Origin: Candidatus Wildermuthbacteria bacterium RIFOXYD1_FULL_50_12
Lineage (GTDB): Bacteria; Patescibacteriota; Minisyncoccia; Minisyncoccales; UBA10102
Length of the DNA: 56,024 nt
Assembly: GCA_001825035.1 (NCBI GenBank)
Contig: MHUO01000006.1
Location: forward strand, 19,444-75,467
Reading direction: 5' to 3'
The number at the start of each line of letters is the position of its first letter. The first letter of the stretch is position 1. The notes under the pieces were generated by a model. The model made no database searches. It worked only from the letters and a program-made list of their open reading frames with translations, and had not been told where the DNA came from. The translations under genes were made by a program, and so were the position numbers. This document shows, one piece after another, positions 1 to 9,198 of the stretch.

Positions 1-539
1 ACAAGCTTCATTAAGTCCTGTTCGATTTTTATGGGGTCTTTATGGGCGGTCAAGCCGAGCTTTTGAGAAAGTCGCATCACATGGGTGTCCGCGGCTATCC
101 CCTCTTCTTTCTTGCCGTAAGCGTTTCCCAAAATGATAACGGCTGACTTGCGCCCGATGCCGGGCAGTAAAAGTAAGTCCTCCATCGTATCTGGCACTCT
201 GTCCCGGAACTTCTCTTTGATAATTTTCGCCGCTTCCAAAATACTCTTTGCCTTTGCCTTGTAAAATCCAGTTTGCCTCACATCCTGCTCAAACTCTTCT
301 CTGGTCCGCCGGCTGGCGGATGTTTTCATATAATCCTCCAATGTGCGGTACTTTCGAAAGAGCTTTTCGGTAACTTCGTTCACTTTTTTGTCGGTGCACT
401 GGGCGGACAAGCGCACCGCAACCAAAAGTTCCCAAGCATTGGAATACTTGAGAACGATTTTGGCGCGGGGGAACAGCTCCCAAAGCTTCCTCACTATTCG
501 CAGGGCTCTTCGCTTGCGAACTGCGAAGTTGTTTTCCAT
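1..539 (-). CDS. nth: Endonuclease III, 3' end outside window
   Basis: Own translation from ATG at 539: LVAVRLSAQCTDKKVN...LLLLPGIGRKSA (HhH)...GIAADTHVMRLS. Not in ORF track because it is truncated. Confidence 0.93.
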   Translation of the reverse strand, partial: MENNFAVRKRRALRIVRKLWELFPRAKIVLKYSNAWELLVAVRLSAQCTDKKVNEVTEKLFRKYRTLEDYMKTSASRRTREEFEQDVRQTGFYKAKAKSILEAAKIIKEKFRDRVPDTMEDLLLLPGIGRKSAVIILGNAYGKKEEGIAADTHVMRLSQKLGLTAHKDPIKIEQDLMKL

Positions 540-548
540 TGTGGAAAC

Positions 549-2174
549 CTACTGTTGCATTTGTTGTCGGACTTGTTCTTGAATCGGCTCACAGCCGCAT
601 CCATTCTCATCGTTAAATTCCTGATATCCCGGGATACAATCAAACCTTAACCGCGAACACTCCTCGCGATCTCTGCTCTGATATCTTCTGCCTTCCTCAC
701 ATCCGCAACCTACCGCGTCGGTAAAATGTTTAAACCCAGAATCGCAAGAAAAATCAGCGCGCGTACATTCCTCTCCAATAAACTTATATTCTCTGCACCT
801 GCCTTCATACGCAACCCGCACTTCCGCGCCTCGCTCTGCCATGCAGCGATTGGAATATGTTTTTCCGTCCTCCCCGCATACGGGCGCATATTCCATGGTG
901 CACGCAACCGCCCCTTCGCGCGGCCTCAAAGGAAGCGGCAAGGCCTCAATTCGAGTTCTGATTCGTTCAAGAACTTGCGGCACATCTCTTACGACATCAA
1001 TTCCATGCTCCAAAATGCGAAGAATATTCGTCGTAATAGCTTCCGCCGCCCTCGACAACCCGAAAGCGTTTCTCGGGTTTCCTTCTCCAAGGGCGATTTT
1101 TGCACCCTCAAGATGGCGCTTGGCATTTTCAAGCAGAGTCCGTACCGCTTGGGGAGTTGCGTCTCCGAGCTCTTCAATGCGTTCTTCAATTTTTTGGATG
1201 CGCTCTTCGGCCCTCGCAATCTGTTCCCTTGCCTCTGCTTCAAACTCTTTCCCCTCTTCCACGGTTTCTTCCAATTCCTCACGAGCTTCCTCCAAAACGT
1301 CTGCGGTTCGCTCGGAAACCCGCACCCGTATTTCTTCTAAAATTCTCGTGCGGCCGAGCGCGTTGCCCGGAATCTGCCGCAGAGCTTCTTTTAATCGCTC
1401 AACCCCCTCCTCTCCCTGCTCGGCAAACCGCTCAATGCTCTCTTGGGCGTGTTCCGAAAGATTTATGCGCAATTCTTCAAGCCGTTCCTTTGTCTGTTCC
1501 GGTATGTTCCCGCTCTGCTGGAGACGATCAAGTATCTCGAGTGATCGCACGTATTGTAACGTACTCCCCTTTCCCTGCTCAAAAGCGATTTTGAGCCGTT
1601 CCTGAAATCTCTCCGGCGCGTCTTTCTTGGCAACCTCTCCCAGCGTCTCCTGCACTTTTACCCTGATGTTTTGAATGATGCTTTTTTGCGCATCGTGCTT
1701 TGCCTCCAGCCCCTCAAGGAGCTTTTCATGAACAATCTGCCTCTGGGCGATAGCGTCAAGCAGACGGTCAATGTTGGGGTTCTCCGACGTCTCCCGCAAA
1801 CTTTCGAGGCGCGCGCGCAGTCGCTCCTGCGCGCGCTCATAATTGAGCATTGCCCGGGCAATGCCTCGTTCATTCGCAGGATCTTCTTGGGCAACTTTTT
1901 TTGCTTCCGCCGCTTTTTCGCTTGCGATTTTCAATTCCAGCTCTGTCTTCGCGACCGTATTAAAGGTAAACGCGCGCTGCAAGCCGCGGCCGATTTCTTT
2001 GAAGAAATAAAACGGGTTTGTCGGGAGCAATCCGGGATCCTCCACTCCCAAATCCGCGTTTGTCACCGTTTCTGCCTCCACAACGGCTTCTGTAGTGAGT
2101 TCGGCTTCTTGGGCAAGCGCAGTTCCGACCCCAAGGAAAGAAAGGATAAGAAATGAAGCGAGAAATGTTCTCAT
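549..2174 (-). CDS. Secreted DUF5667-like coiled-coil protein with C-terminal Kazal domain and two Cys-rich repeats
   Basis: Signal peptide; PGLLPTNPFYFFKE motif; CTMEYAPVCGEDGKTYSNRC...YEGRC Kazal signature; two C-x4-F-x-C-x2-G-x3-F-x-D-x2-GCGC repeats. Confidence 0.8.
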   Translation of the reverse strand: MRTFLASFLILSFLGVGTALAQEAELTTEAVVEAETVTNADLGVEDPGLLPTNPFYFFKEIGRGLQRAFTFNTVAKTELELKIASEKAAEAKKVAQEDPANERGIARAMLNYERAQERLRARLESLRETSENPNIDRLLDAIAQRQIVHEKLLEGLEAKHDAQKSIIQNIRVKVQETLGEVAKKDAPERFQERLKIAFEQGKGSTLQYVRSLEILDRLQQSGNIPEQTKERLEELRINLSEHAQESIERFAEQGEEGVERLKEALRQIPGNALGRTRILEEIRVRVSERTADVLEEAREELEETVEEGKEFEAEAREQIARAEERIQKIEERIEELGDATPQAVRTLLENAKRHLEGAKIALGEGNPRNAFGLSRAAEAITTNILRILEHGIDVVRDVPQVLERIRTRIEALPLPLRPREGAVACTMEYAPVCGEDGKTYSNRCMAERGAEVRVAYEGRCREYKFIGEECTRADFSCDSGFKHFTDAVGCGCEEGRRYQSRDREECSRLRFDCIPGYQEFNDENGCGCEPIQEQVRQQMQQ

Positions 2175-2226
2175 AGCGTTTTTATTTATTAATTTATTAT
2201 TTGCTTAACCTAAGTATTTGTTATTT

Positions 2227-3348
2227 TTATAATCGCGCGGGGATCGGTTCTGCTTGGGGTTTTCTGACTTCGAGAGTGAAGCAGGCGCGGCCGATGCCGT
2301 GGTTCCACAGTTCTTCAGAAAACGCACGCGGCTTTTCTTGATATTGCGACGAAGCGGTATCGGTTTCAAATATTGCGCAAAGCTGATACGTATCTTCTGT
2401 AAGAATGATATACTCATAGGGTTCTCCGGTTTTGGGATCGGTAATTGACTGCACATAGTATCTGGCGTCGCGCAAATCCTCCAGAACCTCGGGAAGCTCT
2501 TTGCTGCGCTCCCAATAGCTGTCTATGGCAAAGGTAATCTGCTGGAGGTCGGAAATTCTCCGCTCGTCAAACTGCAAAAGCCGCTGTTGAGCCGGCGTGC
2601 CAACCAACATCAGCCCGTAGAGCACCGTTAAGGCAACGGAAACAACCACAGCGCCGGTGAAAATTTTCGCGGCCATCGGTTTCTCTCCCGCCTGCGCGCG
2701 CGGGGCGCTTGCGGCAAGTTCCCCCTTTTCTTTTTCTTCCCTTTGCAAACTCCACAAATAATACCCGAAAATACTCCCGGTAATTGCCAAAATCGTAAAG
2801 GCCTTAAGCAAAAACCTCGTGGTGAGTTCACCCGACAATAAACTTGCAAGCACCGCAATCAAGTCGCCAATAATAATACCGGCCGCAATCACCAAGGTAA
2901 TGTAGGTGAGCCATTTTGCCACCTTTGACTGGCGCCGCTCCGGATCTTTTGCGGCAGCTTTCGCCAATCGCCACATCATAAACAGATACAGGGGGAAGGC
3001 AATAATCAAAGAGGCGAGCGCCGTGGTGAGGCCGCGCGGGAAGAATCCGCCGTATTGGAGAAGATCGGGCAGGAATTTGTCAATAAACGCGAATACCAAA
3101 ACGCCGAAACTGAACGCGGAAATATACAGGGTAATAAAAGAAATTAGGTAAAGGAAGGCCTCCCGCGCCTGCAGATAGGGTTTGGGCTTGGGCACCGGAA
3201 CCGGGAAAGAAACCTCGGCAAATGCGGCTAACGCTTTTTGCACTTCTTCTGCCTGCCATCCGGCATCCAAAAGCGCCCGCTCTATTAAAGCACGCTCCTG
3301 ACCCTTTCCCAACGCTTCTTTTACAAATGCATAAAGTTCGTTGCTCAT
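2227..3348 (-). CDS. DUF5671-like multi-pass membrane protein
   Basis: REAFLYLISFITL TM block; C-terminal DERRISDLQQI...DPKTGEPYEY...YQLCAIF pilin-like segment. Confidence 0.65.
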   Translation of the reverse strand: MSNELYAFVKEALGKGQERALIERALLDAGWQAEEVQKALAAFAEVSFPVPVPKPKPYLQAREAFLYLISFITLYISAFSFGVLVFAFIDKFLPDLLQYGGFFPRGLTTALASLIIAFPLYLFMMWRLAKAAAKDPERRQSKVAKWLTYITLVIAAGIIIGDLIAVLASLLSGELTTRFLLKAFTILAITGSIFGYYLWSLQREEKEKGELAASAPRAQAGEKPMAAKIFTGAVVVSVALTVLYGLMLVGTPAQQRLLQFDERRISDLQQITFAIDSYWERSKELPEVLEDLRDARYYVQSITDPKTGEPYEYIILTEDTYQLCAIFETDTASSQYQEKPRAFSEELWNHGIGRACFTLEVRKPQAEPIPARL

Positions 3349-3365
3349 ATATATTTTAAAAGAAG

Positions 3366-4337
3366 TTAGTAACCTCTTTGCTTATCGACTAAATTGGGAA
3401 GGCGCTCACCTGCAAGATACGCCCTCAAGTTTTCACAAAATACCTCAACTGCCCTGTCCATATATTTCTCCGAGATTCCGGATTGGTGGGGAGTAATCAC
3501 CACGTTCTCCATTCCCCATAGAGAGCTCTCCTGGGACAGGGGTTCCTCTTGGAAAACATCAAGCGCGGCTCCGGCTATCATTTTCTGTCTCAGAGCATCA
3601 ATAAGTTCCTGTTCATGCACCACTTTGCCACGGCCGACATTGAGCAATACCGCCGATTGCTTCATTATACGAAATTTTTCCATATCAAACAAATGATGGG
3701 TCTCCTCGGTATAGGGCAAGGTAAGCACCACAAAATCTGCCTGCGGGAGCGCTTTTTTAAGATCTCCTGAGGGGTAAAGCTCGGAAACAAAATCTGGCTT
3801 TTCTTTCCCGGCGCGATCCACCGCGATAACGCGAGCGCCAAAAGCGCTTGCCAGTCGCGCGGTTTCAGAGCCAATGTGCCCTAGTCCTACGATGAGCACC
3901 GTTTTATCCTTGAGCTCCGTGAGTTTGTTGTCCTTCTGCCAGATTTTTCTTTGCTGGCTGATAAAAGAGTCACGCAGTCGCCTCGTGAAAATGAGAAGAA
4001 AGGCAATAATGTGTTCGGCGATCGGCGTTGCGTGAATGCCGGCAACGTTTCCCACGATTACATCTGAATTTCTCACCTCAGGCGTTAAAACGTGCTCCAC
4101 TCCCGCAGAAAAAGAATGAATCCACTTAAGATTTTTCGTGTCCCGTATTTCAGGCAAAGACCAAAGTGTTCCCGCAAGCACATCCGCTCCTTCAAGATGA
4201 CGATTGACTTTCTCCTCGTCATCTGAAGAAACCAAAACAACCTCGCCTTGAGGAACTATGCTTTGTATCTGCTGTACATGTTTTTGGGTAATAACGTGGT
4301 GAAGCCGAGTAGGATCTTGCACCAAAAGAATCTTCAT
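3366..4337 (-). CDS. D-2-hydroxyacid dehydrogenase (NAD-dependent)
   Basis: GLGHIG Rossmann motif, NVGRG, ALDVFQEEPL, ITPH. Start moved to MKILLVQ (ATG 4337). Confidence 0.9.
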   Translation of the reverse strand: MKILLVQDPTRLHHVITQKHVQQIQSIVPQGEVVLVSSDDEEKVNRHLEGADVLAGTLWSLPEIRDTKNLKWIHSFSAGVEHVLTPEVRNSDVIVGNVAGIHATPIAEHIIAFLLIFTRRLRDSFISQQRKIWQKDNKLTELKDKTVLIVGLGHIGSETARLASAFGARVIAVDRAGKEKPDFVSELYPSGDLKKALPQADFVVLTLPYTEETHHLFDMEKFRIMKQSAVLLNVGRGKVVHEQELIDALRQKMIAGAALDVFQEEPLSQESSLWGMENVVITPHQSGISEKYMDRAVEVFCENLRAYLAGERLPNLVDKQRGY

Positions 4338-4365
4338 ATCGTTATTGGAACGTATGCATCCGCAT

Positions 4366-5181
4366 TTATCGATGCTTTTCTTCTTCCAAAAGATGTCTGT
4401 GTTTTTTCGCAAATCTTCTCTTGGAGGACTTAAATTCCTCGAGCTCTTGCGCTATCTCTTCCCCAAATATAAGCATCTGGAAAAAACGTCCGAGTGTTAA
4501 AATTGCAAAACTCAGAAAGCCAACTCCAACGATCATCACAAATCCCAAAAAGAGCTTCCCGACGAAAGAAGCAGGAAACGCATTGCCGAATCCAACGGAA
4601 GAAAGCGCGGACATCACCGACCACATTGCATCTTGAATCGTTCGAATCTGAGTTCCTGGAACTCCTTCTTCAATGTGGAATAGAATAATAGAAAAAACAA
4701 TGGTCAGCAGGATAAACGCAACGAAATAAATCTGAAGATTAATCTTGAGAAGTTCCCGAGCGGCTTTTTCTCTTCCGTAACGGTGTTTGATTACGCGCAA
4801 AATTTTCAGCAGTCGAAATAAACGAAACAATCTGAGCAACCGCACGATTCGCAAGGTTTTAAGAAACTGCAAATTGGCCAAAGCGAGAAAGGTAGGAAGG
4901 ATGGCAAGAAGATCGATAATCCCGTAAAAGCTAAAGATATAGGCGCGTTTGCTCGGCGCCAGATAGATGTAAATCAGGTACTCAATGGTGAATACGGCGC
5001 CGATCAAGTATTCAAGCAATGTAAAAATTCCTTGGTACCGCTCGTGAAGCGCTGGATTTGTCTCGAGCAAAACCAAAACAACCGAAGCAATAATAACAAT
5101 CGCAAGGAAATTATTGACAATCCAGAATTTTTTGGAATCGCTCTCCTCAATAAAAATTTTCTGGAGATGTTCCCTCAGCAC
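4366..5181 (-). CDS. Voltage-gated (6TM) cation/K+ channel-like protein
   Basis: IIDLLAILP, Arg-rich S4 (LRIVRLLRLFRLFRLLK), pore loop AMWSVMSALSSVGFGN. Confidence 0.85.
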   Translation of the reverse strand: MLREHLQKIFIEESDSKKFWIVNNFLAIVIIASVVLVLLETNPALHERYQGIFTLLEYLIGAVFTIEYLIYIYLAPSKRAYIFSFYGIIDLLAILPTFLALANLQFLKTLRIVRLLRLFRLFRLLKILRVIKHRYGREKAARELLKINLQIYFVAFILLTIVFSIILFHIEEGVPGTQIRTIQDAMWSVMSALSSVGFGNAFPASFVGKLFLGFVMIVGVGFLSFAILTLGRFFQMLIFGEEIAQELEEFKSSKRRFAKKHRHLLEEEKHR

Positions 5182-5190
5182 CTAAGCAAA

Positions 5191-6162
5191 TTAGCCAATT
5201 AATTTCTTAAACTCTTCAATCATCGGAACCTGTTCTGGGTCGCGATCGTACATCTTTGCGGTGTAAAACGCTGCCCAGTCGGCCGTGAGAATGGAACTAA
5301 AGATTTTATCCAGCATGGATCCCACTCCCAGCGAAACAATCTCTACCTCAAACCCTCTCTCTACAAGCTGCTGTTCCAAAATATCCATCCTCCTGCGAAT
5401 TCGCACGTGGTCCACGGTGTCTACAAGAAATATGAAGTGAAATTTGTCGCAGAGCTCTTTCGTGGGATCGGTCGCGTCGAAAGCACTCATCTCGTTATGG
5501 TTCAGCTCCGGGAATGTGTTAAAGAACGCAGGGATCTTTGCCGTCTCGTTGAACCTAATCTTCCAGTTATAAGCAATTGAGTAATTTTTGTTTGAGGCGT
5601 ATATGATGGGTACTTTCCCACGCAGCATTACAGCCAGTTCCCTTCCTCTCTGCTCAAACATCCCTGCTGTTTCTGCGAGCTGTTCGCCCACCACTGTCGC
5701 TTCCTCTGCAACATCATCCCTTCCTACCATCTTTGCCAATGCTTTAAACGTAAATCCAAGAGCGGAACGCGGCTGAATGTCAGTATCCGGAATTTCAATG
5801 TACGGCACCCCATGCTGATTCGCGCGTATAAGCAGATCGCCGCCCGTTGAAATGGCGGCTATGGGATAGCCGTTTTTTAGCGCCTCTTCAAAAGAGCTCA
5901 GCGCCTCCTCCGTGTTGCCCGAATACGAACTCACGATAATAAGCGTCCGTCTAAGGACGTCGTCGCGCCATCGCGGCAAGCCGTAATCCTGATGCACCGT
6001 AAGATCAAAACCGGGCACGACATTCTGAAAGATGTCTCCCGGCAAGTGAGAGCCGCCCATGCCGCACAAAATATATTTGCCCAAGGCCTTCCATTTCTCG
6101 AAATTTGCGATTTTGGGCTCCCACGCGAACTGCTTGGGAAAATTGCGAATCGCCTCCTCCAT
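5191..6162 (-). CDS. Bifunctional phosphoglucose/phosphomannose isomerase (SIS fold)
   Basis: GMGGS, SYSGNTEE, QPRSA, WKIRFNETAK, PELNHNE motifs; probable start MEEAIR. Confidence 0.92.
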   Translation of the reverse strand: MEEAIRNFPKQFAWEPKIANFEKWKALGKYILCGMGGSHLPGDIFQNVVPGFDLTVHQDYGLPRWRDDVLRRTLIIVSSYSGNTEEALSSFEEALKNGYPIAAISTGGDLLIRANQHGVPYIEIPDTDIQPRSALGFTFKALAKMVGRDDVAEEATVVGEQLAETAGMFEQRGRELAVMLRGKVPIIYASNKNYSIAYNWKIRFNETAKIPAFFNTFPELNHNEMSAFDATDPTKELCDKFHFIFLVDTVDHVRIRRRMDILEQQLVERGFEVEIVSLGVGSMLDKIFSSILTADWAAFYTAKMYDRDPEQVPMIEEFKKLIG

Positions 6163-6173
6163 TATATTTTTGG

Positions 6174-6275
6174 TTATAGGTAGAAAAGTATCCACCCCGC
6201 CGTAGCCAATCCTACCACGAGCACGATGCCCACGAACTTCCAGTTCGTTTCAGGGTCGTTAAGCGTTAAACGCAT
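6174..6275 (-). CDS. 33-aa single-TM microprotein resembling the N-terminal anchor of the surface-protein family
   Basis: MRLTLNDPETNWKFVGIVLVVGLATAGWILFYL*, compare KTNWKFLAIVIALVVIVGGG of 14967..16640; fills the gap upstream of pgi. Confidence 0.55.
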   Translation of the reverse strand: MRLTLNDPETNWKFVGIVLVVGLATAGWILFYL

Positions 6276-6340
6276 AGTGCGAAAATATGAGTTATATTAT
6301 TATACGTTCAACCTTTGTTTCCTATTATACTATACTCTTT

Positions 6341-7597
6341 TTAGAATCGAATTACACCTTTTTCCATGCCCTCCAGAATGTGCTGTTCAAGCTTTGGATA
6401 GCCGTCCACATACTCGGCGAACAGCCGATTCCACAAGGCCTCGTGCTGGTGGTAGGTAAGGCGCGCCTCCTTGCCTTCTGTCTTATGCGCCACTATCATC
6501 GCATTGTCTTCCAAGTCAAAGCTCACAAGTTGCCTGTTGCCGTTTGGCTTGCCCCTAGCTTGTCGAAGGGGAAAGAATCCAGCTACGGACCAAAAATTGT
6601 CCCAAAATTCAAGGCTGACTTCCTCGTGTTTTTTGCCAAAGGCCACAATATCTTCTTCTGCTTTTCTCCAGTGCATGGCTTCCGGGTTCACGTGCGGCAG
6701 GAACAGCCGCGGATCTTCGGGATTTTCTTTCCATAGATAACGCTGGATAATAAGCCATTTACCCTGAGCGGAGTCGAAGGGTTCGCCCGCTTCGGGCACG
6801 TCGCCGCGCAGGAGAGAGATAAACTTTTGATTAAAATCGGGCAGTTTTGCATATTTTTGGAATAATGTGCTGTAAAAAGCAATCTCGTGAAAATAATGAA
6901 GCAACAAAGCGAAATCCCTCACAAACTTGCCCTTGCCCGACTGCGCAATAGGGTTGAGAAATATAACGCCAAACTCCTTTAAGTGGCTCACGTTGTGGTG
7001 TTTCTTGGCAACGTATTTTTTCGCAACTTCCTCCCATTGCGGTCCCAGCACTTTCAGCTCAATGGGACGGCGCTCAAAATCGTTTGACGTAAACTTAGTA
7101 TAGGCAACCTCAAAGGTCTTATGCATCCACTCGTCGGTTTCCGTGAAGCGCAAAGCGGAAAAAATCTCGGTAATGTCTTCTCTCTTCAGCAATTCGTCTA
7201 TATCTTTATACCCGAGATACCTGAGGATTGCTTCTGGCTCGCGCTCGCGCAAAATCTGCTCGCCGTATTCTTTTTTCAGAAAAAAACCCTCGCTTTCCTT
7301 TGCAATAGTGCGCGCGGCATCCGCCACCTTCTCAAAATCAATGCTGCCGCGATCAATGCCGAGAAACTCGTAGAGTTCTCTGTCGCTTTCTTCCGCTTTT
7401 TTGCCGAGTGCCTCAACTACTTCCTCTGCCGTCGCGCCTCTGCCCAATCCGAGGTCGTCCAGCGCCCGCGCGATCAACTCTTCATTCTGCTGCTCCACCT
7501 TCTCCAAAGCCGGCTCAAACCCCGCTTTCTGCATCGCCCTCTCCAACTCTTCCAAATTCCCTTTCGATATTCCCAAAATCTCCGCAACTTTTTCCAT
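6341..7597 (-). CDS. Hypothetical cytoplasmic protein (418 aa) with His-rich motifs
   Basis: Long ORF co-oriented with the cluster; KHHNVSHLKEFG, LHYFHE, HVNPEAMHW. Confidence 0.75.
   Translation of the reverse strand: MEKVAEILGISKGNLEELERAMQKAGFEPALEKVEQQNEELIARALDDLGLGRGATAEEVVEALGKKAEESDRELYEFLGIDRGSIDFEKVADAARTIAKESEGFFLKKEYGEQILREREPEAILRYLGYKDIDELLKREDITEIFSALRFTETDEWMHKTFEVAYTKFTSNDFERRPIELKVLGPQWEEVAKKYVAKKHHNVSHLKEFGVIFLNPIAQSGKGKFVRDFALLLHYFHEIAFYSTLFQKYAKLPDFNQKFISLLRGDVPEAGEPFDSAQGKWLIIQRYLWKENPEDPRLFLPHVNPEAMHWRKAEEDIVAFGKKHEEVSLEFWDNFWSVAGFFPLRQARGKPNGNRQLVSFDLEDNAMIVAHKTEGKEARLTYHQHEALWNRLFAEYVDGYPKLEQHILEGMEKGVIRF
6552..6571. repeat. REP-like palindrome CCCCTAGCTTGTCGAAGGGG inside CDS
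   Basis: Encodes PLRQARG; similar to the copy at 6762. Confidence 0.55.
6762..6781. repeat. REP-like palindrome CCCTGAGCGGAGTCGAAGGG inside CDS
   Basis: Encodes PFDSAQG; CCCT...AGGG termini. Confidence 0.6.
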
Positions 7598-7610
7598 AGT
7601 CTATATCATC

Positions 7611-8687
7611 TTAATTTACCCTATCCCCCAAAGTACTTTCTAAATATCCCTTGAATACTGCATTTTCTTCTTTTAAATTATTCGAAAAACAAACGTACTC
7701 CAAATATCCATCCCCGCAACCCTCCCAAACCTCGTCCTCCTTGAGTATTGTACAAAATGCGTGAGTTCCGTTTAGGATTGGCCGAGGTGACGGCAAAAAT
7801 GATTTTGCTGCTATAAAGTATTCCTGACCTTCTGGGGAATACAAAATTTTATAACTAGTTCCACCGACACAAGTGCCGCCCGCTCCCCCAGCTGCAAGGA
7901 AAAACTCTTCATGCCCATCGTTATTTACATCCTCAATCTGCTCGAATTCCCCCATCCATTCGACACCGTATCCAAATTCATTAGTATTCGAGAGATGCAA
8001 CCGAAGCTGCGTCTCAATTCTCTCGATATCTACTGTTTGTTTCTCCACAAACCGAAACGTGGAGACGGCTTGGGCATGGGCATTAAAGAAGATGTCTAGC
8101 CGATGATCATCTGAAGTAATAAAATCGTAAAATAATTTCTGATCTTTGCCGTCCAATATCAAAGTTATAACATAGCAATTATTGTCTTTTTCTGTACGAT
8201 ACTCATAACCAAAAGACGGGGGCGTATACGACCATGTTCCTACCTGAAAAGAGATGCCGTCATTTTGTACATTTTCTTGAAACCGATATGTATCTTCCGG
8301 ACTCTCAAAACGTCTGCAAGATCCCTCTTTTGTTGAATATGCGAATAGAAAAATCTGTGCCGCAGTAAGTGGGGTATTGGATAAATATGCTTCTGGAAAT
8401 GTAAGAAAAGTTAGGGAACGACCCAAAGAATCTATACTAGTCTCAAGCAGCAAATCGTTCGGATACATCGCCTCAAACCCATACTCATCATTGTGATAAG
8501 TCTGCCACTCCGAAGTATCAAAATTAGGTTGCTGAATGTTAATACTTTCTGATTGGAGCGCTGGAACTGGCGGCGGCGTTTGCTGTTGTCTCGGCGCTAA
8601 AGCGGACTGCATCTGCCACAGGAAAAGCCCGCCGAAGGCGAAGATGGCCACAACCACTACTATACCAATAACTAACGTTTTGCTCAT
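7611..8687 (-). CDS. Membrane-anchored modular surface protein A (WQTY...STFRF, PsbP-like central domain)
   Basis: N-terminal TM; WQTYHNDEYGFEAMYP...AVSTFRFV; C-domain DVNNDGHEE...GGTCVG. Confidence 0.8.
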   Translation of the reverse strand: MSKTLVIGIVVVVAIFAFGGLFLWQMQSALAPRQQQTPPPVPALQSESINIQQPNFDTSEWQTYHNDEYGFEAMYPNDLLLETSIDSLGRSLTFLTFPEAYLSNTPLTAAQIFLFAYSTKEGSCRRFESPEDTYRFQENVQNDGISFQVGTWSYTPPSFGYEYRTEKDNNCYVITLILDGKDQKLFYDFITSDDHRLDIFFNAHAQAVSTFRFVEKQTVDIERIETQLRLHLSNTNEFGYGVEWMGEFEQIEDVNNDGHEEFFLAAGGAGGTCVGGTSYKILYSPEGQEYFIAAKSFLPSPRPILNGTHAFCTILKEDEVWEGCGDGYLEYVCFSNNLKEENAVFKGYLESTLGDRVN

Positions 8688-8690
8688 GCC

Positions 8691-8948
8691 TTATTTATAA
8701 ATCTTATGCGTGCCAATGTCTAAAAATAAAACTTCCCGGCTGGGAAGAAACATGAATTTTATACGGTAAGAATCGCTGACCCAAAACGCCCAAACGCCTG
8801 CGTCTTTTCCGGAAAGTTTGTGGGTCTTTAGACTCAAGTCGAAAGGGTTGGTTCGGAAAATCGCTTCCTTCTCCTTTGCCCGATCCTTTATTCTCTTGGG
8901 AAGCTTGCGATAGCTTCTCTTGAAGCGTTCCGAAACCTGAATTTCCAT
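8691..8948 (-). CDS. RelE/YafQ-superfamily mRNA interferase toxin
   Basis: 85 aa basic protein, LKTHKLSG...YRI...DIGTHKIY; downstream of a small partner gene. Confidence 0.85.
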   Translation of the reverse strand: MEIQVSERFKRSYRKLPKRIKDRAKEKEAIFRTNPFDLSLKTHKLSGKDAGVWAFWVSDSYRIKFMFLPSREVLFLDIGTHKIYK

Positions 8949-8951
8949 GCC

Positions 8952-9191
8952 TTAATCCAAATCGCTCAGCGACCTTATTCTTGTGGTCTTTCCTGCCTTA
9001 TATTCTCGCATTCCTTCTCGGAACAATTCGTCCACTTCTTCCGCCTCTTTACCGCTCAAATAGTAAGTAGGCACTGCCTGCTCACAGAGCTTTTTATATT
9101 CCTTTAAGCTCAAAACCACAACCCCTCCCCTTTTCTGGATCTCCTCTTTGGGGACCACAACCGCGTCTTTTACATCGAAATTCTTTGCCAT
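8952..9191 (-). CDS. Putative antitoxin
   Basis: 79 aa, ends 3 nt upstream of the toxin; C-terminus EGMREYKAGKTTRIRSLSDL typical of RelE partners. Confidence 0.7.
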   Translation of the reverse strand: MAKNFDVKDAVVVPKEEIQKRGGVVVLSLKEYKKLCEQAVPTYYLSGKEAEEVDELFREGMREYKAGKTTRIRSLSDLD

Positions 9192-9198
9192 AGCTCAA

